Source: Deltaproteobacteria bacterium
Lineage (GTDB): Bacteria; Bdellovibrionota; UBA1018; UBA923
DNA: 64,000 bases
Direction: 5' to 3'
Assembly: GCA_016186905.1 (NCBI GenBank)
Contig: JACPKS010000084.1
Span: forward strand, 2,261 to 66,260
Of this stretch, positions 49,274 to 59,321 are shown piece by piece. The position numbers and the translations under genes are program-made. How positions within the stretch are numbered: the stretch's first letter is position 1; each line of letters begins with the position of its first letter. The notes under the pieces were generated by a model. It was not told where the DNA came from and searched no databases. It worked only from the letters and a program-made list of their open reading frames with translations.

Positions 49274-50820
49274 CCGCCGGTTTGTTTAAAATGGAAGCGC
49301 TCAACCGGATTCAGGAAGAGAAAAAGAGAAATCTCAAGATGGGCGGCGTTGATGCGGTCGCAAGGCAAAAGGCGCATGGAAAACTCAACGTGCGTGAGAG
49401 GATCGATTTGCTGGCGGACCCCGCCTCCTTTTTGGAGTTCGGCCTGCTGGCGGATCATGCTTCTTCGAATCTCGAACTGAGCGGCAAGCTCGCCCCTGCC
49501 GACGGGGTCATCACCGGCACCTGTCTGGTCGAGGGACGCCCGGTCGCGGTGGCCGCTTATGATTTTACGGTGCTCGCGGGTTCGATGGGAGAAGTCGGCG
49601 AACGCAAAGTGGAACGCATACGCAGGCTAGCACTTGAGAGCCGCATTCCCATGGTCTGGCTTTTGGATTCGGCGGGCGCGAGAATTCAGGAAATAGCCGG
49701 CGCGCGCTTCGCGGAAACCGGCGGCCTCTTTTACGAACAGGTGGAACTCTCGGGCGTGGTCCCCCAAGTCGCCGCGGTCATGGGGCCAACTGCTGCCGGC
49801 ACCTCCTACATCGCCGCTCTGGCCGACTATACGCCGATGGTCAAAGGAGCCGGAAGCATGGCGCTTGCCGGGCCTCCGCTCGTCAAAGCCGCTATCGGCG
49901 AGGACGTCACCACCGAGGACCTGGGCGGTTCCAAAATCCACTGCCAGATCAGCGGCTGCGCCGACGGCGAGTTTCAAAGCGACGGGGATTGCATCGCCGC
50001 CGTGAGGAAATATCTGGGATTTTTCCCCTCCCACTGCAAAGACAAGCCGCCGGTTCGCAGGGATGTGCGCGGGCTGAAACTGCCGATCGCCGATGACATC
50101 TTGGCGGTCCTGCCGGAGGAGCCGCGCAAGGCGTACGACATGAAGAAGATCGTGGGGCTGATTTCCGACCACGGGGATTTCTTTGAGATCAAACCCGACT
50201 TCGCGAAAAACATCATCACCGGTTTCGCCCGGATCATGGGACATCCGATCGGCGTTTTGGCGAATCAGCCTTCGCAGATGGGCGGAGCCATCGACGTGGA
50301 TGCGAGCGACAAGGCGACCCGGTTTTTACTCACGTGCGACGCATTCCGGATTCCCGTGCTCTTCCTGCATGACTGTCCCGGATTTCTCGTGGGTTCCAGG
50401 GCCGAGAAAATGGGAATCATCCGGCACGGCGCCAAGTTCCTTCACGTGGTCGCGAGCCTTACCGTGCCCAAGCTCAGTGTTGTCGTGCGCAAAAGTTACG
50501 GCGCGGGCTACTATGTCATGTGCGGCAAGGGCTTGAAGCCGGACTTGATCGTGGGCTGGCCGAGCGCGGAAATTTCGCTGATGGGCGCGGAAGGCGCGGT
50601 CAACATCGTCATGAAAAACAAGAATGACGCCGATGCCAAGGCCGCGAAAGTCGCCGAGTACAAAGCCAATATCGGGGGACTCCTTTCGGCAAGGCAAGCC
50701 CACATCGATGACCTGATCGACCCTCGCGAAACGAGACAAGTCCTCTTTCGCGCGCTCACGTATACCTTGAACAAGCGGCAGCCCCGGTCCTGGCGCAAAC
50801 ATGGCGTGATGCCGGTATGA
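49270..50820 (+). CDS. Acyl-CoA carboxyltransferase-domain protein (PccB/AccD5/GcdA family)
   Basis: Two carboxyltransferase half-domains (AYDFTVLAGSMGEVGERKVERIRRLA...). No biotin-carboxylase or BCCP gene adjacent. Confidence 0.85.
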   Translation: MTAGLFKMEALNRIQEEKKRNLKMGGVDAVARQKAHGKLNVRERIDLLADPASFLEFGLLADHASSNLELSGKLAPADGVITGTCLVEGRPVAVAAYDFTVLAGSMGEVGERKVERIRRLALESRIPMVWLLDSAGARIQEIAGARFAETGGLFYEQVELSGVVPQVAAVMGPTAAGTSYIAALADYTPMVKGAGSMALAGPPLVKAAIGEDVTTEDLGGSKIHCQISGCADGEFQSDGDCIAAVRKYLGFFPSHCKDKPPVRRDVRGLKLPIADDILAVLPEEPRKAYDMKKIVGLISDHGDFFEIKPDFAKNIITGFARIMGHPIGVLANQPSQMGGAIDVDASDKATRFLLTCDAFRIPVLFLHDCPGFLVGSRAEKMGIIRHGAKFLHVVASLTVPKLSVVVRKSYGAGYYVMCGKGLKPDLIVGWPSAEISLMGAEGAVNIVMKNKNDADAKAAKVAEYKANIGGLLSARQAHIDDLIDPRETRQVLFRALTYTLNKRQPRSWRKHGVMPV

Positions 50821-50836
50821 AAAGCGGCCTCCAAAT

Positions 50837-51706
50837 ATGAGTGCCGGCGATAAAGTCATTCTCACCTGCGCCATTACCGGAGTGCTCACGGATCCCAAGT
50901 TTCATCGAGTCCCCGTCACTGCTGAAGAAATGGCCGATGCGGCTGAAGAAGCCTACAACGCTGGCGCAGCCGTGGTGCATTGTCATTTTCGAGAGCAGGA
51001 ACCCGGTCAGGGGGCAAAGCCTACGTGGGACGTCCCGGTGGTAAGCGAGATTTGCAGCGCCATCCGGCGGCGAGTTCCAAAAATCATTCTCAATATGTCC
51101 ACGGGTGTCGTGGGGCCCGATATCTCAGGGCCAGCGGCCTGTCTGAGGGAAATCAAACCCGAACTAGCGGCGCTCAACGCGGGTTCCTTGAATTATCTGA
51201 AAACCAGAAAAGACGGAAGCTGGGCTTGGCCTCCGATTCTCTTCGATAATCCGATCGAGAAAATTTCGTCTTTTCTGAAGGTCATGAAAGAAAACGGGAT
51301 TCGCGCGGAGTGCGAATGTTTCGATACGGGGATTTTGCGCGGTGTCGGCATGATGAGGGCGAATGGTTTATTGGAAGATCCGCTTGAGATCTCGCTCGTC
51401 ATGGGCGTGAGCAGCGGGATGCCCGCCAAGCCTGCCTGGTTGCCGCTGCTTTTAGAGGAAATGCCGGAGGGCGCGCAGTGGCAGGTGATTGCCATAGGTC
51501 AAAAAGAAGTTTGGGATCTGCACCGCAAGGCCTGTGGGCTTGGCGGAAATTTGCGGACCGGGGTTGAGGATACGTTTTATCTTCCGAGCGGTGAGAAAAC
51601 CTACTCCAATGGAAAGTTGATCGAGGCCCTGGCCGAAGTCGTAAGAGAGCAGGGGCGCGAGGTGGCCACCGCGGATGAAGCACGGAAGCTTTATCAGTTG
51701 GCTTAG
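50837..51706 (+). CDS. BKACE-family beta-keto acid cleavage enzyme (3-keto-5-aminohexanoate cleavage enzyme-like, DUF849)
   Basis: VILTCAITGVLTD N-terminus, TIM-barrel BKACE pattern (HCHFRE, ILNMSTG, ECECFDTG). Confidence 0.8.
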   Translation: MSAGDKVILTCAITGVLTDPKFHRVPVTAEEMADAAEEAYNAGAAVVHCHFREQEPGQGAKPTWDVPVVSEICSAIRRRVPKIILNMSTGVVGPDISGPAACLREIKPELAALNAGSLNYLKTRKDGSWAWPPILFDNPIEKISSFLKVMKENGIRAECECFDTGILRGVGMMRANGLLEDPLEISLVMGVSSGMPAKPAWLPLLLEEMPEGAQWQVIAIGQKEVWDLHRKACGLGGNLRTGVEDTFYLPSGEKTYSNGKLIEALAEVVREQGREVATADEARKLYQLA

Positions 51707-51714
51707 GGTGACGC

Positions 51715-52473
51715 ATGCCCGCTGAATTGGTTTTCGAAATCAAGGATTCCACCGCATTCCTGGCCTTGAACAGGACGGCGAAGAAAAACGCCCTGGATGG
51801 CGCATTGCTGCGGATGCTCCTTGACCGCCTCGATGAAATCGAAAAAAACACCGAAATTAAAGTTGTGGTTTTAAAATCCGCCTCGCGCGATTTTTTCTGC
51901 GCGGGCGCCGATTTAAGTGGGATGAAAAACATGGAGCAGGCCGCGGCCGATCTGAAGCTCTTTGCCGCCGTTCTGAAACGACTCTACGGCTTGAATAAAC
52001 CGAGCATTGCCCAGGTGAGCGGCGTCTGCATGGGCGGTGGGTTGGGGCTCGCGTTGGCCTGTTCGCTCACGGTCGCGAGCAGGGATGCGGTCTTCAGCAC
52101 GCCGGAGATTCATCTGGGCTTGTATCCTTTGATGATTTCCCCCCTGATCCATGCCCATTGCAACAGCCGAAAAAAGGCCGATCAGTTCATCATGACCGGA
52201 GAGAGATTTTCAGCGGCGCAAGCTTTGGGTTTGGGAATGTTAAATGACGTCGTCGCGGATATCGATCTGGAGCGCCGGGTTGATGAGCTGATCCAGGCGT
52301 TGGGGAAAGCCGATCCGGAAGTCATCGATCTCGGGAAAAAAGCGGTCCGAGATTCGGAAGGGCGTTCTTTCGGTGAAGCAGTTGACGGGCTTTGCTTGAG
52401 ACTCCAGGACTTGCTTGCGCTTCCCGGCACTCAAAAGCGGATCCTTGCATTCTTGAAACCAGGGATATCGTGA
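51715..52473 (+). CDS. Enoyl-CoA hydratase/isomerase (crotonase) family protein
   Basis: ALNRTAKKNALD ... FFCAGADLSGM oxyanion-hole motifs. Confidence 0.85.
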   Translation: MPAELVFEIKDSTAFLALNRTAKKNALDGALLRMLLDRLDEIEKNTEIKVVVLKSASRDFFCAGADLSGMKNMEQAAADLKLFAAVLKRLYGLNKPSIAQVSGVCMGGGLGLALACSLTVASRDAVFSTPEIHLGLYPLMISPLIHAHCNSRKKADQFIMTGERFSAAQALGLGMLNDVVADIDLERRVDELIQALGKADPEVIDLGKKAVRDSEGRSFGEAVDGLCLRLQDLLALPGTQKRILAFLKPGIS

Positions 52474-52496
52474 GCCAGAAAATCTGGCGGGGCGGA

Positions 52497-55400
52497 TTAC
52501 CGCAACGGGATGGCAGGCAGGCCGTTTCCGAGCGAAAGAGGCGTTAGGCCGATATTCTGGCTGTGTCCTAATCCTAGCTGGCCGTATCCATTGTAGCCCC
52601 AGCATTTGATCTGGTTGTCGTCGAGAGTCGCGCAGGTGTGGTGTGTGCCGGCCGCGATGTCGATGGCTTTGAGCGTTCTGCCGCCCGCGGCGGTTCCTGC
52701 GCCAGTATCGGTTCCGAGGTCCACCGCGACAAGCCGGTCACCCATGTCGCCCGAGTAGTAGCCGTGGTTTTGGCCGCCGTCGGGAATGCCAAGTTGGCCG
52801 TTAACGCCGTAGCCCCAGCACTTCACCCGTCCGTTGTCGAGCAGCGCGCAGGAATGGTAGAAACCAAGTGCTAGTTTTTTGGCCGTACGATTCGTGCCGA
52901 GATCGACATAAGGAAGAGAATCGCCCATCTCGTGGCCGGACGTCCCGCTATCGCCGCGGTTTACCGAATTGCCGGTTCCGAGCTGACCGTAGCCGTTGTA
53001 TCCCCAGCACTTCACTTTGCTGTTGCCCAAAATCGCGCAATTGTGCCCATACCCTGAGTCGACTTGAACCGCGGTAAGCGCGCCTCCCGTGCCGTCGCCA
53101 TTTACGGTGCCGAGATTAACGTACGGAAGGTTATCGCCCATCTGGTGGCCGGCGGCAGCACTATCGCCGCGCGGGGTGGTATCGCCAAGGCCTAGCTCCC
53201 CGTTGGAATTGTAGCCCCAGCACTTCACGCGGCCATTGCTCAGGATCGCGCAGTTATTGAGCACGCCGGAAGCCTGCACGGCCACGAGCGCGCCGCCCGT
53301 GCCGTCGCCGCCCACCGTTCCGAGGTTGACGTATGGAAGATTATCGCCCATCGTGCCGCCTTGGCCGCGATAGTCGGTATTTTCGTAGCCAAGCGAGCCC
53401 CAAGCGCCGTAGCCCCAGCATTTCAGGTGCGAGCCGGAAGCACTGTCATCCAAGATCGCGCACGCGTGATAAGCGGTTTGCTTGATGGACTTCACCGTGC
53501 GCCCGGTTCCGAGATCGACGTAGGAAAGCGCATCGCCCATCTGGTGGCCCGCGGCCGGCGAGTCGCCGCGGTTGGTTCCGTCGCCAAGGCCCAAATTGTA
53601 ATATCCGGTGTTGTAGCCGAAGCATTTCATTTTTCCGCTGTTCATCAGCGTGCAAACGGATTGGGCGCCGGCTCCCATTTTCACGTCGATGGCGTAATCA
53701 GTGCTCGAAAGATTGATGGACTCAAGGCTTGGCCCCATCTCGCCAGGCTCATCGCCGACCCATGGATTGCGCGAAACCGAGTGGTAGGAATCGTTGCCTG
53801 AGGCCTGACCCCAGCACTTCACGCGCCCGCTCTGCAGCAGCGCGCAGGTGTGGGAGTTGCCGGTTGAGATCATCGCTGGTTTGTCGTTTACGCCGCTGCC
53901 TAAGTTTATTTGCGGAAGGTCGTCGCCCATCAGGTGCCCGGCGCTCATGTTGTCTCCGCGATTGACGGTGTCGCCAAGGCCTAGCTGGCCGTAGGCGTTG
54001 TAGCCCCAGCACTTCATCCCCCCGTCATCCAGAATCACGCAGCTGTGGTTTGCGCCCATGGCGATCGCGGTGGCCGTGCGCCCAGTGCCCAGGCTCACGT
54101 ACGGAAGATTATCGCCCATCGTGCCGGCGGCATTTCCGTAATTGGTGGTGTTGCCAAGGCCAAGCTCGCCGCTTCCGTTGTTGCCCCAGCATTTAACGAG
54201 ATCATTGTCGAGAATCGCGCAAGCCTGGAGGTGGCCTACGGCAAGATGCTTTGCCGTGCGCCCCGTGCCAAGGCTCACGTAGGGGAGGTTGTCTCCCATC
54301 GTGCCCAGGCTACCGCCGCGATCAGTCGTATTTTCGTAGCCAAGATTGCCCCAGTCGTTTCGGCCCCAGCATTTCACGCGCGAGCCTGCTGCGCCGCTAT
54401 CGAGGAGCGCGCAGGTGAAATCGTAGCCTGCCGCGATTTCGACCGCGGTGCGGCCGGTTCCAAGATCGACGGGGCCTGTCGGAGTGGTGCGGGTCGCGGT
54501 GTCGCCAAGACCTAGCTCACCGTAGCCGTTGTAGCCCCAGCACTTCACGGTGCCGTCATCCAGGAGCGCGCAGGCATGGAGGCGGCCTACGGCAACCTGG
54601 ACTGCCGTGCGTCCGGCTCCCAGGTTCAAAAACGGCATGTTGTCGCCCGAAGTGCTTAGGTAGTAGCCGTAAGCCGTAGTGTCGCCCGTGCCAAGATTGC
54701 TGTAGTAGTTGGGACCCCAGCATTTCACTTTCCCGGCATTTGCACCCGAGAAAATCGCGCAGTTAAAACCGTTGTAGTCGTTGGTGAGACTGCTTTTGAT
54801 CGAGGCCACGGTTTTTCCGGCGCCAAAGAGCGCGAAGGGAAGGAGATTTCCCATGCTCCAGAGACTCGCACCGTAGCTCGTGGCATTGGTGGCGTTTGCT
54901 AGAGCGCCGTAGCCGTTGTAGCCAAAGCATTTGACATTTCCGTCGGTGAGCACGGCACAGGTGTAGTATTGGCCGGCCAGGATGGATGTCGCAAGCCACG
55001 GGTTGTTCAAGCTATCCGTGCCGAAATCGACTGCCGGCAAATTATCGCCCATTTGTGAGGACTTTGCTCCGAGATAAGCTTTCTCGTTTCCGAGCTGGCC
55101 GTAATTATTTCGGCCAAAGCATTTCGTGTTGCTTGAAGTCGAGGAAGTCGGGTCGACAACACACGTGGAAGCGTCGCCGGCGGCGATTTTTCGGGGAAGA
55201 AAAACGTGGATCGTGATGGTCGTCACGTGACTGTTGGAATCGGAAACCTGCACGGTAGTACTCGCGGGGCTTGAGGTGAGGGTCGCGGGCGCCGTGAATT
55301 GCGCCGTGTTTGTGCCGGTGTTGAGTGTGCCGCCGCCTGCGAGCAGCGTGAACGAGTAGGGCGCGCTCCCACCTGAAAGCTCGAGGGTAAGCGTGCCTCC

Positions 55401-58400
55401 AGCCACGAGCGAGCGGGCGGTGGTGACAGGCTGATCGAAATCGTAGACCAGATTATCGCTGCTGGTCGCGCCGGCATAGACGTTGTCTTGCGGAACGGTG
55501 GGGGATAGCGTGTAAGGAAGATAATCGCCCAAGGTAAGCGGGTTGTCGCCCGTGTTGGCTGTTGCCATTCCGATTCCAAGCTGGCCCCAGGCGTTGTAAC
55601 CCCAGCATTTGACGCCATTGTTGTCGAGAACGGCGCAGGTGTAATAGTTACCGGCGAAAACGTCGAGCGCGGTTCTTCCGGTGCCAAGATTTACGGCACG
55701 AAGATTATCGCCCATCTCGCCGGCCTGATTGCCGATGTTGTCGTTATTGCCGCTCTTATCGCCAAGGCCTAGCTGGCCCCAGGCGTTGTAGCCCCAGCAC
55801 TTGATCTGATTGTTGTCGAGTACGGCGCAGGTGTGATAAATGCCGGTCACGACTTTTTTGGCGGTTCTTCCGGTTCCGAGATCGACAAAGGGAAGGGCGT
55901 TTCCCATCAGGTGGCCGGCGGCAGTGCTGTCGCCGCGATTGACGGTGTCGCCAATGCCTAGCTGGCCGTAGATGTTGTAGCCCCAGCACTTGATTTTGCC
56001 GCCCGCGATGAGCGCGCAAGAGTGGGTATAGGAGGTGGAAAGCTGCGTCACCTGCCAGGGATTGTTCGAGCCATCAGTGCCCAGATTCACGAAAGGAAGG
56101 TTGTCGCCCATCGTATTAGGAGCATTACCTCGTGGGTCGCTGTTGCCATACCCGAGGTTTCCCCAAGGATTCGGACCGTAGGGACTGTTGCCCCAGCACT
56201 TCACACCTCCGTTTGAAAGTAGCGCGCAGTGATACGCGTAATAACCGCTGCTGACTTGCTTTGCGACCAGGGGCGTGCCGCCGATTCCGTCCACCGTTCC
56301 GAGATTCACGTAGGGAAGAGTGACGAGATCTTGAAAATAATAATAACCATTCGTGTTCTCAAGGCCTAGCTGTCCGTATTCGTTTGCGCCCCAGCATTTC
56401 AGATGCGAATTCTGGCCTGCCCCGTCGTCTAGAATCGCGCATGTGCTTGAATTATTGGACGCACCCGTGGCAACCTGTTTTACGGTGCGGCCAAAACCCA
56501 CGAACGCGGTGGGGAGCCCGTCGCCCATCGTGCCTAGCTTGTCGCCATGGTAGGGAAAGCTGTTGGCTGGCGGCTCGCCGCCGGTTCCAAGCTGGCCGGC
56601 GCTGTTTGCGCCCCAACATTTGAGTTCTCCGGTGTTGAGAATCGAACAGGTGTACTGGTCGTTGCTGGAGTTGGCTTCGATGTCGGTGGCATAGCGGTTT
56701 GTTCCAAGATTGACCGTCTTGCTGCCGGCCATCTCGCCGGGTGCGTCGCCAAGTGTCGCGTTCTCATTGCCAAGCGCTCCGTAGTCGGTCGTGTCGGTTT
56801 GCACCGAGCCCCAGCACTTGACCGTGTTGTTGTCGAGAAGCGCGCAGGTGTTGTCGTGCTGGGGAGCGATGTCTTTGACCGTACGGCCCGAACCGAGGTC
56901 CACGTAGGCAAGGTTGTCGCCCATATTGTTTAAGCTTCCACCGACGTTATTTAAGTGGCCAAGACCTAGCTGGGCGAAAGTATTGAGGCCCCAGCATTTC
57001 AGATGCGAGTTTAAGCCTGCGGCGTCGTCCAGAATCGCGCAGGTGTGGTGGTTGCCCAGTTTTATTTTCTTCACGGTGCGGCCTGTACCCAGGCTTACGT
57101 AGGGGAGCTGATCGCCCATCTCGCCGGCTACCGCGCCGATGCTATACCAAGGGCTCGGGTACTGGGAGGAGCTGGAATTGATGCCGCTTCCAACCTGCCC
57201 GTAATTGTTGTTGCCCCAGCATTTGAGTTTATCGTTATCGAGGATCGCGCAGGTGTGCTCGGAGCCGCATGAAATCGCCTTAGCCGTGCGGCCCGTCCCA
57301 AGATCGACAAACGCAAGCGCGTTGCCCATTTCGCCGGCTTCGTCTCCGATGTTGGCTTTGCTTGCGGAATTATCTCCAAGACCTAGCTGGCCGTAGTTGT
57401 TTCTTCCCCAGCACTTGACCTTGTCGTTGTTCAAAATCGCGCAGGTGTGGCCAAAACCCGCGGCGATGGCTTTGGCGTAGTAGGGATTGCCGCTTCCATT
57501 TCCGGCATCATCGCCGAGATCGACGATGGGCCCTGGCGAGAAGCGGTTGGCCGTGTCGCCGTATCCAAGCTGGCCTTGGTAACCGTTGTACCCCCAGCAC
57601 GTCACGCGCGAGCCTGAGGCACCGCTGTCCAGGATCGCGCAGGCATGAAGCGAGCCGTAGGCCAGGTCCGTTGCCGTGCGGCCCAAGCCGAGATTTACGA
57701 ACGGGATATTGTCGCCGCTTATGAAAGGATAATAACCGTAACCGTAAGAGTAATACCAACTGGTGCTGTCCCCAACGCCTACGGTTCCGTAGGAGTTATT
57801 GCCCCAACATCGCACCTTGCCAAGATCGGTGCCATTCAAGATCGCGCAGCCGCCGCTGCCCTGGGGATTTGCGGCGATTTTGAACGCCGTTTTTCCGGTT
57901 CCCAAAAGCAGATACGGAAGATGATCGCCCATCTCGTTGGGAAAGAGTCCGAAGTTCCGGCCAGAGCTGGCGTTTCCAAGCGCGCCGCTACCGTTGTAGC
58001 CCCAGCCCTTGGCCGTGCCGCTCGTGAACTTCACGAACGCTCCCGCATACCCGCCCACGATTGAATCCGGCACGAGGCCTGTGCCGAGTTTTATGGGAGA
58101 AAGCGCATCCCCCATTTCGCCCGCTTGATCGCCGATCGCGAAGGTTTCATCCCCGCGCTGGCCATACTGGGAACGTCCCCAGCAGTTGACCGTGCTTGAC
58201 GTGAGGCTCGCGCGCGTGAGCGCGCACGCGTGCTCGGAACCCAGTGCCAGTTTTCTCGGAACGAACGCGTGGACCGTGGTGTCTGAGGTATTCCCCCCGC
58301 CGTCGGTTACGCGAATCACGCTGTCTCCCGGAGCGGCGCCGGCGGTAAACGTCGTGCTTGTAGGGCCCGAGCTCAAAAACCCGCCGCCCAGCACGATCGA

Positions 58401-59321
58401 AAACGCGTAGGGCGAGATTCCGCCGGTCACCGCAAACTGCGCGTTCTCGCCCACGGCCACGTATTTTACCGCGGGAGAGACGGCCGGCCCCTGATAACTG
58501 TACACGGTGGCGTCGGCTGTGGAACCCGCCGCATCGGTCACGCGCAAAGCCGAAGTGGACGTGGCGGCCGCCGCGGTGAAAAGTCCGCCTGAGGCCACGG
58601 TGCCGCCGCCCGCGACCAATGTGTAGGTGTACGGCCCCGTACCTCCGGTAGCCGCAAACTGCGCGGTCTGGCCAAACGGCACGTAGCGCGGAGTCGGAGA
58701 AATCGAGAGCACGGGTGTTACCGCGACGTTTGATGAGGCAGAGGCTCCCCCAAAATCGGTCACGCGAATGACGACACTGCTGCTGGTTGCGGGCGCGGTG
58801 TACGCTCCGGTGTTCGGATTAATCGCGCCGAGGCCTGAAACGACCGTAAACGTATACGGAGCAAGACCGCCGCTTGCCGTGAACGTGAAGCTGGCGTTCG
58901 TGCCCAGGGTTTTCGACGTGGGATTGATGGTCAGAAGCTCGCCTACGTAGACGACGGCGTAAGCCGTGTTGGCGGCCGCGTCGGCGACCTTGATCATCGC
59001 CTGTCCCGGATTGGCCGGCGCCTGGTAAAGACCGGCGCTCGAGACGGTTCCGATGCCCGAGGAAATCGAAAACGCATAAGGAGGGGTTCCTCCGGTGACG
59101 ACGAATTGCTGGGATTGATTGACCGAAAGATTCCTGGCCGCGGGCACGATCTGCAGAAGAGTGACGGTGACGGTTGCTTTCGAGGATGATCCAAGATTCC
59201 TGGTCGAAGCGGCCGAGGGGGAAGAGACGCTGGTCACCTCATCTTGTGTTGCGAGGCTGCAAGCTTGAAAGAGCGTTGCAATCATGAGGACCGCCGCGAT
59301 GGCGGCGCAACGCGTATTCAT
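52497..59321 (-). CDS. Giant secreted/lipoprotein-type RCC1-repeat protein (2274 aa): signal peptide, about 5 He_PIG/Ig-like domains, about 14 RCC1 blades, 1-2 Ig-like domains, about 14 RCC1 blades
   Basis: Start taken at MNTRCAAIAAVLMIATLFQAC (ATG 59321-59319, overlapping the stop of the upstream gene as ATGA). Repeated TGGT/SPYxF/S Ig-like motif. About 28 repeats of the VKCWGxNxxGQLGxGD consensus counted in the translation. Confidence 0.8.
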   Translation of the reverse strand: MNTRCAAIAAVLMIATLFQACSLATQDEVTSVSSPSAASTRNLGSSSKATVTVTLLQIVPAARNLSVNQSQQFVVTGGTPPYAFSISSGIGTVSSAGLYQAPANPGQAMIKVADAAANTAYAVVYVGELLTINPTSKTLGTNASFTFTASGGLAPYTFTVVSGLGAINPNTGAYTAPATSSSVVIRVTDFGGASASSNVAVTPVLSISPTPRYVPFGQTAQFAATGGTGPYTYTLVAGGGTVASGGLFTAAAATSTSALRVTDAAGSTADATVYSYQGPAVSPAVKYVAVGENAQFAVTGGISPYAFSIVLGGGFLSSGPTSTTFTAGAAPGDSVIRVTDGGGNTSDTTVHAFVPRKLALGSEHACALTRASLTSSTVNCWGRSQYGQRGDETFAIGDQAGEMGDALSPIKLGTGLVPDSIVGGYAGAFVKFTSGTAKGWGYNGSGALGNASSGRNFGLFPNEMGDHLPYLLLGTGKTAFKIAANPQGSGGCAILNGTDLGKVRCWGNNSYGTVGVGDSTSWYYSYGYGYYPFISGDNIPFVNLGLGRTATDLAYGSLHACAILDSGASGSRVTCWGYNGYQGQLGYGDTANRFSPGPIVDLGDDAGNGSGNPYYAKAIAAGFGHTCAILNNDKVKCWGRNNYGQLGLGDNSASKANIGDEAGEMGNALAFVDLGTGRTAKAISCGSEHTCAILDNDKLKCWGNNNYGQVGSGINSSSSQYPSPWYSIGAVAGEMGDQLPYVSLGTGRTVKKIKLGNHHTCAILDDAAGLNSHLKCWGLNTFAQLGLGHLNNVGGSLNNMGDNLAYVDLGSGRTVKDIAPQHDNTCALLDNNTVKCWGSVQTDTTDYGALGNENATLGDAPGEMAGSKTVNLGTNRYATDIEANSSNDQYTCSILNTGELKCWGANSAGQLGTGGEPPANSFPYHGDKLGTMGDGLPTAFVGFGRTVKQVATGASNNSSTCAILDDGAGQNSHLKCWGANEYGQLGLENTNGYYYFQDLVTLPYVNLGTVDGIGGTPLVAKQVSSGYYAYHCALLSNGGVKCWGNSPYGPNPWGNLGYGNSDPRGNAPNTMGDNLPFVNLGTDGSNNPWQVTQLSTSYTHSCALIAGGKIKCWGYNIYGQLGIGDTVNRGDSTAAGHLMGNALPFVDLGTGRTAKKVVTGIYHTCAVLDNNQIKCWGYNAWGQLGLGDKSGNNDNIGNQAGEMGDNLRAVNLGTGRTALDVFAGNYYTCAVLDNNGVKCWGYNAWGQLGIGMATANTGDNPLTLGDYLPYTLSPTVPQDNVYAGATSSDNLVYDFDQPVTTARSLVAGGTLTLELSGGSAPYSFTLLAGGGTLNTGTNTAQFTAPATLTSSPASTTVQVSDSNSHVTTITIHVFLPRKIAAGDASTCVVDPTSSTSSNTKCFGRNNYGQLGNEKAYLGAKSSQMGDNLPAVDFGTDSLNNPWLATSILAGQYYTCAVLTDGNVKCFGYNGYGALANATNATSYGASLWSMGNLLPFALFGAGKTVASIKSSLTNDYNGFNCAIFSGANAGKVKCWGPNYYSNLGTGDTTAYGYYLSTSGDNMPFLNLGAGRTAVQVAVGRLHACALLDDGTVKCWGYNGYGELGLGDTATRTTPTGPVDLGTGRTAVEIAAGYDFTCALLDSGAAGSRVKCWGRNDWGNLGYENTTDRGGSLGTMGDNLPYVSLGTGRTAKHLAVGHLQACAILDNDLVKCWGNNGSGELGLGNTTNYGNAAGTMGDNLPYVSLGTGRTATAIAMGANHSCVILDDGGMKCWGYNAYGQLGLGDTVNRGDNMSAGHLMGDDLPQINLGSGVNDKPAMISTGNSHTCALLQSGRVKCWGQASGNDSYHSVSRNPWVGDEPGEMGPSLESINLSSTDYAIDVKMGAGAQSVCTLMNSGKMKCFGYNTGYYNLGLGDGTNRGDSPAAGHQMGDALSYVDLGTGRTVKSIKQTAYHACAILDDSASGSHLKCWGYGAWGSLGYENTDYRGQGGTMGDNLPYVNLGTVGGDGTGGALVAVQASGVLNNCAILSNGRVKCWGYNSNGELGLGDTTPRGDSAAAGHQMGDNLPYVNLGTVNGDGTGGALTAVQVDSGYGHNCAILGNSKVKCWGYNGYGQLGTGNSVNRGDSGTSGHEMGDSLPYVDLGTNRTAKKLALGFYHSCALLDNGRVKCWGYGVNGQLGIPDGGQNHGYYSGDMGDRLVAVDLGTDTGAGTAAGGRTLKAIDIAAGTHHTCATLDDNQIKCWGYNGYGQLGLGHSQNIGLTPLSLGNGLPAIPLR

